Source: Curvularia clavata
Taxonomy: Eukaryota
Reading direction: 5' to 3'
DNA: 64,000 nt
NCBI GenBank assembly: GCA_023920165.1
Contig: CP089280.1
Location: forward strand, 930,001-994,000
The position numbers and the translations under genes are program-made. This document shows, in pieces, positions 35,271 to 48,620 of the stretch. The notes beneath the pieces are model-generated. The model searched no databases and was not told the DNA's origin. It saw only the letters and a program-made list of their open reading frames with translations. Every line of letters begins with the position of its first letter. Position 1 is the stretch's first letter.

Positions 35271-36374
35271 TTCGATGGTTCTGGAGCGCTGGTGTGGATA
35301 GATCTTGTGGAGTCGTACGTGGGGATCATGTTAAATTTATATCCAAGTGTCGATATATCTCATGTCGTCATGTTAGGTTGCTTCTTTTTCACGCGCAATG
35401 GCGCGTGCCAACGTGACCATCGTGCCCGCCCAGCACAAGCCTCCGGCGGTTTCAATAGCACAACGAACCAAACCTTCTCGATCGCGTATCATTTTTCGAT
35501 GCACTTGTCACGAGTAATGTCGTTAGCCTGATAGAGCCAGAATGCATCACCTTGCCCTGCGGCCCTGACAGAACCCACCTGCGTCCGGGACCTGCGCGTG
35601 CCGTGCCTTTCTCCGGGCGCCGTCACTAGACTAGGGGTTCAAAAATCCAGGTACGGTAGAGCCAGTTACGAGAACTCCTTACAGGTTTCGTTGGAAGAAC
35701 TTGGTTCGGGTCAGCTGCTGAGCCTTCGTTTGGATCGCCTTTAGATTGAAAGAAATAACTAATTCTAGCCAATAAAAAAGTTCTCATTGGGGTCTAAAGG
35801 TAAACACATGGTACCAAAAGGCCACTGTTTGCTATTGTGCCTAGATGTATTTGCCACCGCCATGTAATATTAACAGTTTCTTCAAAACTACCACAAATAT
35901 TGATAACCTCGCGATAACCATCCGTGGTGTTGAGGTTGGCATCGGGCTTGCCCTTCCGAATATGACCCGTCACCTCGGCTGCCGGGCGATTCCGGCCAGT
36001 GACGTCGCACCTGAACACCTCGATGAGGGTGTGAGCACCGCCATCGTCACGGCAAGACAAATAGAAATAATGCTGCTTCCCCACAGCGTTTCGGCAACTT
36101 CCTTGCCGTCGTTAAGATCCACTGTGTGTGCATTTACTTGATAGCCTTGACAATCGAAAAGCGGCAGTTCGCTATAAAGAAAGACGGATCTCTCTGCCTG
36201 TGATGCCCACCCCACCCTTCTCCCAAGATCGCCGAGACTGGCTGAGCGAAATTTCTGTACTGTTTTCGCCCCAGAAAAGCAAGAATACAAGAACATCGAA
36301 ATCGACGTCTACTGTAAATTTGGCCATTGGCATCCCAAAGGCTTGCGACTCTGTCTCTACCATCAGCCTCCGAG

Positions 36375-37533
36375 ATGACGCCTCCGCAAAAGATCAAGCA
36401 GTGGCTTACGGGCCAGGACGGCCTCGATAAGCTGCGAATGACGGAAGCGGACTGCCCAACACCAGGCGAGGATGAAGTGCTGGTCGAGGTTCACTCTGTG
36501 AGTTTGAACTACAGAGATACTGAGGGTATGTGATGATGACGCTGTAGAAGTCCATGAATGACGCTAATCACGTGAAACAGTCGCAATGGGCCTGTACAAC
36601 CACCACTCGTCAGTTGAGCATCCACCTGCCATTGTGCCATGCAGTGACATGTGCGGTGTTGTTGTTGCTGTTGGTCCTACATCAAACAACACAAACGATC
36701 CGTTCAAAAACCCTGCCTTCAGGCTCAAAGAAGGCGACCGCGTCATTAGCACCTTTGCCCCAACCCACTTGAGCGGCCAGGTCAAAGCATCAGATGTCGC
36801 GAACGGACTGGGTGGTCCCGCCCCCGGTGTACTGACCCAGTACCGCGTCTTCCCCACCTACGGCGTGGTCAAGATCCCAGACTACCTTTCCGCCGACGAA
36901 GCCGCGTGCCTGCCCATTGCCGCTGTGACCGCATGGATGAGTCTCAATTGCATGCGCCCCAAGGGTGAGATCATCGGTCAGGGTGAAACCGTCCTTTGCC
37001 AGGGCACCGGCGGCGTCAGCATCTCCGCATGCCAGATTGCCACAGCCGCGGGCGCCAACGCCATCGTCACATCCTCGTCCGACGAGAAGCTGCAGCGCGC
37101 CTCGCAGCTCGGCGCAAAGACGGGAATCAACTACCGCAAGAACCCCGACTGGGAGAATGCTGTGCTGTCCGCTACTTCAGACGAAGGCGCAGACATCATC
37201 ATTGAAGTCGGTGGTGCGCAAACTCTCCGCAAGTCATTCGACTGCGTGCGCTTTGGTGGTTTGATCTCATGCATTGGCTATCTTTCGGGCAAGCAGGACG
37301 AGGCGGGTGACAGGACAAACACAAACTTGCTTTGCTTGAAGAGGAATGTCACGCTCAAGGGTATTCTGAACGGTCCGCGAGACGAACTCGAGAGGATGCT
37401 GAAGTTCTACGATGAGAAGAAGATTAAGCCCGTAGTGGATCGCGTGTGGAAGTTCGAAGAAGCGGACCAGGCGCTCAAGTATCTGTTTAGTGGTGGACAT
37501 TTCGGAAAGGTGGTTATTAAGGTGAAGGAGTGA
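36375..37533 (+). CDS. Medium-chain (zinc-type) alcohol dehydrogenase-like oxidoreductase
   Basis: Intron 36526-36580. VSLNYRD, VPCSDMCGVVVAVG, QGTGGVS, IIEVGG, HFGKVVI. Confidence 0.92.
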
Positions 37534-37887
37534 AGGATAGCCAGATAATGAGATAATGAGAGATGCTCGTATTTGTTTGATATATCTGTAATCGGATCTC
37601 GCTTTTGTTCGCGCTATACTGTGTTTTTCAAAAAGAAATTATTGTCGTGGGGTGACTGCAATAGGTGCATCCAATTCTCATCCAACACAAAGCTGGTCGT
37701 ATTGGTTCAACACATTCATACCTGGATCTCGCTTCCAGGTGTGAGACACTGCACTTTGCAACATTATTTGGTATCGTTGGACATACGTAAGGGTTGTATC
37801 TCATCTTAATGCAGATGGAACAGATGTTAGAAAGAATACCCAAAATGCGACGCTAACATGTTAAAAATCCAAGATACGGAACTGCAC

Positions 37888-39326
37888 CTATAGCTTCGCC
37901 GCTGCAATCTCCTCATACTCACTCAACTCTGCCCTCTGTCGTCCCTTAGTACCACTGCTACCAAACTCCTTACCCTTGCCTTGACACTTGTCCAACCACT
38001 CTGCACTCTTCCACGCCCATGCGGCGTCTTTTTCCTCGCCGTTGCTCTTACCGAAAAGCACATTCATAATGTACGCGCCTGCAACGGGGAGGAATCTATG
38101 GCCATGTATGTCAGTGTGTGATTCGATCCCTTGAGGGAAGAAGATAAAAGATTTCTGGTTAGCAATGGCAACACTCACTTGTAAGAATGAAAACTGCCAC
38201 CAACAGCAATATACAGATTGCTCAAGCTGTCGTTTGGATGGCGAGTCAAAAGCCAGTCTTCACTTGGTGTGACTGCGTCGTAGCATATACGCCATCGAGC
38301 CGGCACTTTGTCTCGTGTCCATTGCGGCATAGCAGCGTGGATCCGACGTATACTCTGCTGCTTCAGTTTCTCGGGCACGTCGTTTTGATTTCTGCGGGAT
38401 GGGGCTGTGATGCGCTGGCCAGACGAGGTAGTGACTGTATTTACAATTTCGCTTTTGAGGTCGTTGATTTTGAGGGTGCGGTTTGGCTGCGAGGGAGGTA
38501 TAATGTCGATTTCGCCGCCAATGACAATCACGGGTAAATTTTCATCAATTATAGCTTGTGTGTCTGCTTCATTGAGGTTGTAGTATGCAGAGACGCGCCC
38601 CACGGCTGTGACCTGGCGCTCGATGCGGTCTTGATGGCGGATCTGGAGGGCATCCTCAAGAGGCGACATGAGTGTGCTTGTCCACGCTCCAGCGGCCAGA
38701 ACGATCTTGTCAGCTGTGAGAACGCGTCCATCTCTCAACCTCGCGCCAGCAAGACGCGACTTGCTGTGATCCAGTAGGAGCTCCTGCACTTCGCCAGTCA
38801 CGCGCTTCACACCGAGCTCTAGCGCGACTTTGGTAAAGCTCTGTGTCGCCTTTTCGGCATCGCACCATCCTGCCTCGGGGTTGAAATAGCCTTTGCCCAG
38901 ACGCTCGATTTGAACTCCCCTTGTCACGTGGTACTTTTCCAACTCTTCTGGAGCGACATCGCGCGTATAATCACCTCCTCTTTCAAGAAAGGTCTTTCTC
39001 ACCGCATCGCCAAACTCGCCCTCTTTATTATCTAGTACGATCCAGCCCGTCTTGTGGAAATGACCTTGAACTGCAATGCTCCAGAACCAGAAATGTATGG
39101 CTTCATTGGCGAGATTGCAGTACAGATGAGACTCGTAGTCGGTGCGAATGATGCGATTTGTATCAATAGCTGCTGCTTGTTTCTCTGCCAGCGGCGAAGT
39201 TGTATCCCAGCGGTCGACGATGGTTACGCGCGAAGGATCCTTGTATTGTTTGCTGAGATGGTATGCAGTCGATGCACCAAAAGTACCGGCGCCAATAATT
39301 AACACAGTCGGCTCTTCATTCGCCAT
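37888..39326 (-). CDS. FAD-dependent oxidoreductase, sarcosine/pipecolate/fructosyl-amine oxidase family, probably peroxisomal
   Basis: IIGAGTFGASTA dinucleotide-binding motif, DTNRIIRTDY, LAAGAW, RICYDAVTP, GGSFHSYKFLP across intron 38096-38178. C-terminal AKL. Confidence 0.9.
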
Positions 39327-40304
39327 GGTGTCGCTAGTGGGTTTTTGAGGGTTCAGAAAACTTTAGATGTACTCAAGATATGACGACGACACTTTGGTGT
39401 TATGGACAAGTCCGTTACGCTAGTGCTGCGGGGTCTGCGGATCCGAAGTGGCAGCTTGGCCGAAACGGTGCATCGAGTCTCACGACCAAGAAAGCTGTCT
39501 CGGCCACTGCAGGTTCTTATATTTTCGAACAGCAAAATTACAGGATAGAACGATTTTCCGAAACTTTTGTTCTTGGCTGTCTACTCAAGGGTGAGCGTGT
39601 TGCTTTCTCATTCTGATACGAGTTAGTATAAATGTTACGATCTCAACGCTCAAATTTTCAACTTGGTTACTTGTTGGAAATATCCCAATTAGCGATGATT
39701 CATAAAGCTAGTCATATTGATACTTCTTGATTAAGATTCCTAGATATATTTTTGATTAAGATCTTTTCATTCATCGTAAAAGAGACGCGTTCAAGAGGAG
39801 CCCGAAGAGATGAGTAAGACAGGCTTCCCGTATAACTTCGATCCGGCGTGGACGATTTGGTGGTTGAACTCGACTGGCTCTAGAAGCAAGCACGTCAACA
39901 AACAACACGTGGTCCAGCTCACCGTTTATCTGGATATTGGTGTCACTTGATCAAGCCAAATACACATCCTTCCTACAGTCGCGGTTGAGGACAATGGCAT
40001 CTTTCTGTCCCGAAACGGACTAGCGCCAGAGGCTGCTCGGCTTACCTTCTTTATGAAAATCCTTCGACTTTTCAGACCAAAAAAATGAGCAGTCATGAAG
40101 TAGATATAAGGATGTCGCCCGGCGGAAGAAAAAGGCAAGGAGGTTGTGTACAAAGGTTATTCAAAAAGAGACGGAGCTCAACATTGTCGAATCGAATCAG
40201 CCGTTGCGCAATAGCACTGGGTGACTCAATCGGCGGCCCCACCACCTTGAAGCCTACACCTACGCCTAGAGTGCAGAATCAGCAACTCTGAACCTGACAT
40301 CACC

Positions 40305-41256
40305 ATGCCTCCCACGATCCATCTCGTCCGTCACGCGCAGGGGGAGCACAACGCTACTGTATGTTGCTGGAAGAGGCGAAGTTGATCGATGACGACGACT
40401 CTAACCGACGGCAGCGCGATTACTCGATTCGCGATGCAGTGCTGACAGCCAAAGGCAAGGAGCAGTGCCGCACGCTGAGTGCTGCATTCCAGCACCACGG
40501 ACAGATCGAGACGGTGTTTGCATCGCCACTGCGGCGGACCATCCAGACAGCAGCGCTTAGTTTCGGGCCTGTGCTATCGCGGCCAGAAGTGCCGTTTGTG
40601 CTGCTGCCAGCGTTGCAGGAGGTCAGCAACATTGGATGCGACGTAGGGCTGGCGGACAGTGTGGCAGATTTGCAGCAACTACTGCCTGATCTGTTTGCGC
40701 CGGGAGAGATTGATTTTGATATCAGCAAGATAGATGCGTCTGCAGTAACAGCAGGCTGGAATTCCAAGGTCGGTACATTTCCCGGAATGACGTCACTTTG
40801 CGCGCGCGCTTACCACATGGGCGCAGGAAGGCTATTGGGCGTATGAGAAGGCGGCCATCACGAAGCGGGCTGCCGACCTGAGGAACTGGCTGTACCAGCG
40901 TCCAGAAGCACAAGTAAGTCTAGACTGGATCAAACTCACACACACACACACGTAGCTGACTGAGCAGGTGCTGGTGGTAACGCACGGCGCGTTTGCGCAC
41001 TTCCTGACCGAGGACTGGGACGTGGAAGATCCGATGCTTGGCACGGCGTACAAAAACTGCACGTAGTCGCCCCAGTTTGGTCTGCGTGATTGCTAATCCA
41101 GCGACAGGTGAGCATCGCGTGTTCGTCTTTACGCCCGAATCAACGGCCGAGAATGCGCATGTGGAGGAGACGTGGGAGAGCAGACGCAGCAGAAGCAGCA
41201 AAGAGGTTGAGAAGGACCCGCATGTCGTCGACGAGTTTTTGCAGGCGGCGGCGTAG
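40305..41256 (+). CDS. Histidine phosphatase / phosphoglycerate mutase-like protein
   Basis: LVRHAQGEHN, ASPLRRTIQTA, VTHGAF. Introns 40359-40414, 40769-40826, 40914-40967 (contains a CA microsatellite) and 41059-41107 (GC-AG). Confidence 0.9.
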
Positions 41257-42572
41257 ATAGGAGGCACGTCGGCACGGCTGTATTACGCCCCGCACATGGG
41301 CCTTGGAAACATTAAAGGGCGTTGTATGAGGCTCGAGCTGATGGTGGTGAGGGCTTGGTGGCGTCTTGGTAGGGCTCGTGTGCGTGCCATGTACAAGTAG
41401 GAGGCTACAGTAGCAGCACTAGGGCACGCGACCTAGCAGGGCATCCAAGGCCCCTGGAGCAGAGAATACTGGGGTAGAGATAGCCATTTTCTGCACGCAA
41501 TCTGCCGTGGGCGTCGGGGCGATTGGCAGGCGCCTCTCTCGGCAATGCACTCCGCAAGACCCTCGTTTGGATTGACATGGTGTTGATAGTAGCATAAGGT
41601 TAGGATGCCGCAGTCGGGCCTAAACGGCAGGGATCGGAAGAGGCTGAGGCTCTCGCTTGTACCTGTTCAGAGCGCGCGGACAAGCTAACGCCGAGGCCCG
41701 CCTGAGGCTTGTTGCCCACCAACTCAAGCCACCGCCGCCAACCGAGCCAGCCCTATACTCACGTCATACTCGACATGGCCATTGCCAGCACCCTCTCCAG
41801 AGCCTTATTCCCGCACAACGCGGGGGATGTAATCCAAGGTCATCTTTCTCCTCCATCTCGCGCCGCGGGCTGACTCGGGCGCGGCCGTCGAGCAGCACAG
41901 TGCGGCCGTTGCGTCCAAGCACGTCCCAGGCTTCTCCATCCAGACACGTAAAAAGTTGAAAATTTTACGTCAACTGCGACGCGCCATGTGGAACCTCGTC
42001 ATCCCAACGCCACTAGAAACGCTGCTCCCAATCGCACGTACCATGGCCTGGTTCGATACGACGCCTTAAGCCGACGACCGCTAACCTTGTCTCGAGCATG
42101 CAGTCGGTCAATGTCGGTCGCCCAGCATCTTGGGAGCGCGCGGGGGAAACACCGCTTGGAACATTCTATTACACACTCACAACTTGCGGAGAGATAAGCG
42201 CTTCTGATATAAGATGGCCCACGAGACCGCCTCACTGCACGACATCTGGCTTTTCTTGCCTGCGTGCTGCAATTTGCTAGTCTAGTCTCCTCTCGTCCCA
42301 TGGTACGTCACTGACCAGGACCCTGCCTTCTCCACGCTACCCGTTTTGCCACTATCATTTCTCTCCATCCGTCGACCGGTCCCGAGACCTGCACTGCAGC
42401 TGCTCTTTTCGGGAGAGACGATAGGCTAGCCTGTTAGCAAGCACCCACGTTCAAAAAGAAAAACCCCCGATTGCCCTTGAATTCTTCTTTTTGAACCAAG
42501 GACGCTCTTCTCTCGTACTTTCCCTCTCCATACACACGCATTTTCTCTTCCGGACCATCCAACATTTCCAAG

Positions 42573-44012
42573 ATGCAGGAGGTTCGCCAGCCCCAGGGTG
42601 ATGTTCCCACCAGCATCCCCCCGCCCAACTACGCCCAGAACTACGGTCTCGACGAGCTCTCTTCCGAGGGAAAGAAGAGCGACCCAGAGCTCATGATGCC
42701 CGTCGACAAGACGGCCACCGTCCAGGAGGGATCGGAAAAGTTCCACCGCCTTGGCTGGAAGCAACTCACCGTCTGCCTGATTGTCGAGGCTATTGCCCTT
42801 GGCTCCCTCAGTATCCCCAGCGCCTTTGCAACCCTCGGCATGGTTGCCGGCACCATCATGTGTGTCGGTCTTGGTCTCGTTGCCATCTACACATCCTACG
42901 TCGTCGGCCAGGTCAAGATGCGCTACCCTCACGTCAACCACTACTCGGACGCTGTTGAGCTCATCTGGGGCCGATTCGGAAAGGAGTTGACCGGTGTCAT
43001 GTTTGCCCTGTTCCTGATTCTGCTCGTCGGATCTCACGCACTCACCGGAACCATTGCTTTTATCAACATCATTGGCGACTACGCTACCTGCGCCCTCGTC
43101 TGGAGTGTTGTTTCCCTGGTTATCCTTCTGGTCTTGGCCCTGCCTCCCACCTTCCACGATTTTGCATTCTTGGGATACATCGACTTTGTCAGCATCATTG
43201 CTGCCATTCTCATCACCATCATTGCCACTGGTATCCAAGCTCACGACGCGCCCGGCGGCCTTGCGGCTGTAAACTGGTCCGCATGGCCCCAGCCTGGAAC
43301 CACCTTCTACCAGGCCTTCCTTGCTACTACCAACATCATCTTCGCCTACTCGTTTGCCGTTTGCCAGTTTTCTTTCATGACGGAGATGCACACCCCCAAA
43401 GACTACGTCAAGGCCATCTGGTCTCTCGGCCTGATTGAAATCTTCATCTACACCCTCACCGGTGCTCTTTGCTACGCTTTCATTGGCCAGGACGTCAAGT
43501 CGCCCGCTCTTCTCTCCGCTGGCAACACGGTCTCGCGCATCGCTTTTGGTGTCGCTCTCCCTGTCATCTTCATCTCTGGCTCCATCAACGGCACTGTCGT
43601 CTGCCGCTACATGATGGACCGAATCTTCCCCCACTCTACCATCCGCTTTGTCAAGGATGCTCGTGGCTGGGGTGTGTGGATCGCACTTATTTCTATCGTT
43701 ACTGTCATCGGATGGATCATTGCTGAGGCTATTCCTTTCTTCAACGCCCTGCTCGGTCTCATCTCTTCGCTCTTCATCTCTGGTTTCACCTTTTACTGGC
43801 CTGCCCTTTTCTGGTTCCAGCTTGTCAAGGAGGGCAAGTGGAACTCTTCCGCCAGGAACATTGCTCTTAGCGTTTTGAACACCGTCGTCCTCATTATCGG
43901 AATGGTTGTCCTGGGCGCTGGTACTTACGCATCTGTTGAGGACATCATTACCCAATACAACTCGGGCGATGTCAGGAGCCCATTCACGTGCAAGGCATCA
44001 GCATACACTTAG
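42573..44012 (+). CDS. mtr: Neutral amino acid permease (Neurospora Mtr-like, Aa_trans/AAAP family)
   Basis: 479 aa with about 11 hydrophobic segments. LGWKQLTVCLIVEAIALGSLSIPSAFATLG, FAYSFAVCQFSFMTEMHTPKDY, IAEAIPFF. Confidence 0.92.
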   Translation: MQEVRQPQGDVPTSIPPPNYAQNYGLDELSSEGKKSDPELMMPVDKTATVQEGSEKFHRLGWKQLTVCLIVEAIALGSLSIPSAFATLGMVAGTIMCVGLGLVAIYTSYVVGQVKMRYPHVNHYSDAVELIWGRFGKELTGVMFALFLILLVGSHALTGTIAFINIIGDYATCALVWSVVSLVILLVLALPPTFHDFAFLGYIDFVSIIAAILITIIATGIQAHDAPGGLAAVNWSAWPQPGTTFYQAFLATTNIIFAYSFAVCQFSFMTEMHTPKDYVKAIWSLGLIEIFIYTLTGALCYAFIGQDVKSPALLSAGNTVSRIAFGVALPVIFISGSINGTVVCRYMMDRIFPHSTIRFVKDARGWGVWIALISIVTVIGWIIAEAIPFFNALLGLISSLFISGFTFYWPALFWFQLVKEGKWNSSARNIALSVLNTVVLIIGMVVLGAGTYASVEDIITQYNSGDVRSPFTCKASAYT

Positions 44013-45220
44013 AAGCACTAGACGAATCATGTATATATATCCAAAGCCCTTGAGTGGCTAGTTTGTTTGTTACGACTTATGAGTCTTTAGCATAGCGATA
44101 TCCTTTTACGGTTAATCCAATTTATGCCTTTATCTGAATGCTCTTTTCAAACTGTGAGGGATTAGGGCAGATGCATGAAATGCCTATAAATTTAAAACGG
44201 CCCTCCCACAATTGGTGATACTAGAGAATGATTGCCTACAAAATCGCTTCTAAAGTGGTGGTTGGCATTGTTATTATTTATTGTGTTTGCAGCCTAGGCA
44301 CCATTACACCAAAATACCACTATCATCAGTGGAACTGATTAGCTTCAACTATTTGTATAGCTACTACTAGCAAAACTATGTCGAAAATTACTCCTTCTAC
44401 TATCTCAACTCCTCATACCGAAAATCAACTTGTACACACACTCTACTCTATCTTCCACCATGTCTCCCATCCATCACGTGACCCATGCACAACCCATACC
44501 TCTCCCTTTACCCTTCAACCCCACGCCCAGTCAGCACCCCAAGAAAAAATCCTCTTCCCTGTCCCTCCTCTTCTCACCTAGCAACAAAAAAAAATCAAAA
44601 TGGCCTGACACACGTACCACCACCATCCACACCCTCTCACCCAACCTCCCTCGCCCTACTTTCCACCCTACTCTCCTATCCCGCAATTTTCTCGTGCGGG
44701 GGTGATACTATTACCCCATGGAGAAAAAACCCGGGGTTCAGCCCTCTCCATTCTCTTTATCCTAGAACAAAATTTTTTTAAAGTTGGAACTCTAATACGA
44801 ACGCGACTATGGGGTAGGGCGCGCGCCATTACGTGATGAGGCTCTCGTTAGTGCCGATTTTACCGTACAACCCCGGTCGTGTCCTTTCTTTGCGTCTTGG
44901 GCTGCAATGCACGTACGTACGCACGGATGTAATCCAAGTAAGTGAGGCGTGTGATATGTATGTACCATGTGCGGCTTTTTTGGGCGGGGATTTCGGTTGG
45001 TCATGGGGTCTTGGCAGGTTTCTTTCTAGAGTAGACTAGGTAATGTGGGGATTGGGGTTTTCTGGGGGTGAAGGGTGGCTCGCGGATACAACTACGAAAA
45101 AGGGCCGGATGTCGGGGCGGTTCGGGGCGTCGTGATGCGATGATGTGGTAAGGTGCGTTAGACAGGGGAATCGTGGGATGTGAGGGATTTTTCGTTTTTC
45201 TAGATTTCTTCTTTGCAGGT

Positions 45221-45237
45221 GGGGGGGGGGGGGGGGG
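45221..45237. repeat. Poly-G tract (17 nt) in a G-rich low-complexity intergenic region
   Basis: Direct reading. Confidence 0.9.
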
Positions 45238-47535
45238 AATGGCTTGCGTCGGGTATCGCGATTGTGGAGGAGGAGAGGGTGCGATCGGATGTTTGGGATC
45301 GAGTGATTTTGTTGGAAGAGTGTGGTAGATCAAGATGATAGATTTCGGTCCTGCCTCAGTCAAGATTTCTGACGGCTCCTCCTTGTTTTCAAGGAATGGG
45401 TTATTGAGAGGTACACAGTGTGTTACGCCAGCTCTATTAGTTTGTTTCTTCTTATCATAATTACGCTCTCTATTCGCAACAGCAGATGCTGATAGAACTT
45501 GTCATACATCTTGCATAATTGCTACATACGGATCTGAACTAGCTTGGTTGCACTCCAGTCGTGAGACTAGATATGCTGTGTTAACGGACAGCACGCCATG
45601 TAGAGAGCGCGAATGAAGTATCACAGGAACCCTAAGAGCTGGTCGAGAGGCTATCTGTTGATGAGAATAGCGCAGCGTCCTTGTCGAATCTCTTATGAGG
45701 TGCATGGCTAAGCTCGAACACTATCAAATGCGAGGGCCAATAAGACGCACAAATAAAACACATCCCTTCTACTCATACTCTACTCCTCAAGTAGTCGCAT
45801 TAGAAGACCAAATAAGCTCCCCTAGTTGTGTCTTATTTCCTGGCTGACCTCATTTTGATGTGCTTCGAGGACCTCAGCTGGCGGGAAGGATCTACCGCAT
45901 GATATGCTCGTTCAAAAATGCCAAGCAGATGCTAATTAAAGTGCTATAATGGTCTTCGCAGTTCAGTGCTCGTTGTTTTAGAGATGAAACTAGCCCAGAG
46001 CCGACTTGGACGATTAAACATGATTGACTTTATCACTTGGAAGCAAATCAGGCTCAGAATTGACTGATATGATCCAATTGATGAAATAGGAAAGAATAAG
46101 CTTATGTTACTGATTTCTTGCTACAGGAACTATTCGATGATCATGTACCGAATACTGCAGTGTATCATCACCTGATCAACCGTGAATGGTTTGGGGCATC
46201 ACGTGACTGTAAGAACATCACGTGTTGATTAGTATTGAAAGCTCAATCAAAACTACTTATTAGAGTACCTGTCAGTCAGATTATCTCAATAGAATCTGCC
46301 GGTAAGACTCAATTAAGAAAAATACGAGCCTTCAGATTGACTGAAATCGTTCTCAAGAGTGGCAGAGTTTACGCTGCACTCCTTGGGTGAATACATCGTT
46401 TGCATAGATACTACATACATGTGTGATATCAGGATATTATCGACGAAAAGTGATTGTGGCGATTCCAAAGTCAGAAGCTTTCTAATCCCCATTCCTAGAA
46501 TACCTGATAGCTAGAGGCTGATTACTCGTCCTTGCATACCTAGAATAGATAAGGTAAGATGCAGCTCTAACTACTAATCATGTACTCTGCAAGCCATATC
46601 GATATTCGTATGCTGCCCGCCTAATAAGTCTTGGTTAGATGCAATTTTCTCCGGGATAGTCAGATTTAAACGAATCACAATCGGCGGTCAGAATCCTTCA
46701 GCTTGGCACATAGATCGCATACCGCAAAACTAACTGCGCTAACTGATCTGGTAACTTTACTCATTGAGATCCTGCTCGCCACCTACTCCCAGCTTTAAAC
46801 ATTGTAACCTGCCACAGCATAAAACCCCGGGACGCTCCTGCAGTCAGCTTTTTAAGCACTGCATTCTACCTTCGTAATAACTAGCCTTGTGAATTTCAGC
46901 GCTCTTAGAGCGGGTTAAAGGCAAAGCCTCCGGTAACAGCCATCTCCTTGGCTTTAACCGTCGCTCGGTGCATGTATCCAGATTCAGTCCCTGCCTGCAT
47001 AACAGCCGAAGACCCGGAAGCAGGGTCTTCGAGCCGTACCGCATGTTGAATAGCTCAAGCAAATTAATGTATTAGGATAACTTCATTTGGGAAGAGATAT
47101 TCTCCTGAGCATTGTGTATGGATGCAGGGGAATGCTGCTAGTGACTCGCCAAGGTACCAGCATATGCGCTTACTCATTGCTTCACTCATGCTCGAATGTT
47201 TGATTGGCAAATTTCCTCCTCGGTAGCCGTGGAGCTGACTTGGCATACATGTTGTATATTGACATGCATGGCAGGCCTACCTAGACCCAAGGAGGCCACC
47301 AGACATCGAACGCCTTACTCTTGGCAATCACACTTGTATAATCCTATTGCAGTATCATACCATGTTTGTTGTCTCCTCCCGTTCCACAAGTAGGACGGCG
47401 ATTAAATGTACGGTAAGCAGAACCACATGAGTATGCGGCACGTATAAGAGATGAGTGTCTGTCGCTGTCTGAAATGACAGAGCTCACTCTCCGCTTTTTT
47501 CCAGCTATTGGAATTGTCTTGTGATACCGTTCATC

Positions 47536-48620
47536 ATGGTCAAGCTACAACTTCTTGCTTCTGCCCTTAGTCTGGCATCCTTGGCTGCCGCGGCAGCAGT
47601 CCCTGTCACCGGTGCTGCCACTACTTGCAAGAACCCCATCAAGCGGCTTGAATGGTAGGCTCGCGTTGCTATAAAACACCCATGGAGCATGTTAACCAGG
47701 TTCTTCACAGGAGACAACTCTCGGTACGCCAGCGACGCAGTTATATCGATGCCGTGCTTTGTCTGCAAAAGGTCAAACCTGTATCAGGAATTCCCTACGC
47801 TACAAACCGATTCGAGGATTTCCTAGCCATCCACAACGAGTTGACGGATAAGATCCACTTTGTTGGTCACTTCATCCTATGGCATCGTTACATGGTCGCT
47901 GTGTACGAAAACACGCTCCGTAAGGAGTGCGGTTACAAGGGCGCTCAGCCTTACTGGGACTACACCCTGGATGCCGACCCTCAGAATCTCAACTCTACGA
48001 GCATCTACAAGACCGAAATCTTCGATCCTCATACGGGATTCGGTGGTAACGGTAACAGAGTCGTACCTGCTCCTGGGCAGAACCCCTTGAATATCAATAG
48101 CACTGGCGGTGGCTGTGTTCAAGACGGACCTTTTGTTCCCAAAAATTTCATGATCAACTTCCCAGGTCCGGAGCCATCGTGCCTGAAGCGCGATTTCAGT
48201 CCTGAACTGCTCAACAGAGGAGCCGACCCAAAGGTTGTTGATGTTCTCCTTACCATGCCCGACTACGTGGCTTTCGACCGCAAACTGCAGGGTGCGAAGA
48301 ACTTTGACAACCCAAACATCCATGCTGCTGGCCATTTTGGTATCGGCGGCGTTCTGGGACAGGCTGGCGATGCTGCCATCTCGCCCTCTGAGCCGCTTTT
48401 CTACCTACATCACGGTGCTCTGGACTGGATTTACTGGAGGTGGCAGCAAAAGCACCTCCCGAAGAGTCTACATGAGGTTGGTGGTAATGTAGTTACTTTG
48501 GACTACAGCGGCAAGAATGTTACGCTGGACTTTGAGGTCAACATCGGAAAGCTGGCGGGCAATGTTACTTTGGAGAAGTTGCTGAATACCCAGGGCGAGC
48601 TACTGTGCTATACATACTAG
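47536..48620 (+). CDS. Secreted tyrosinase-like type-3 dicopper protein (short form)
   Basis: Signal peptide MVKLQLLASALSLASLAAAAA, intron 47655-47710. CuA: AIHNELTDKIHFVGHFILWHRY. PYWDYT. CuB: NIHAAGHFGIGG..SPSEPLFYLHHGALD. Confidence 0.92.

Noticed and set aside
35794..36296. Overlapping ~100-aa ORFs upstream of the dehydrogenase
   Set aside because: Competing frames on both strands with no motif or splice evidence.
42426..43955. 509-aa antisense ORF over the amino acid permease
   Set aside because: Shadow frame produced by strong codon bias of the sense gene; no recognisable motifs.
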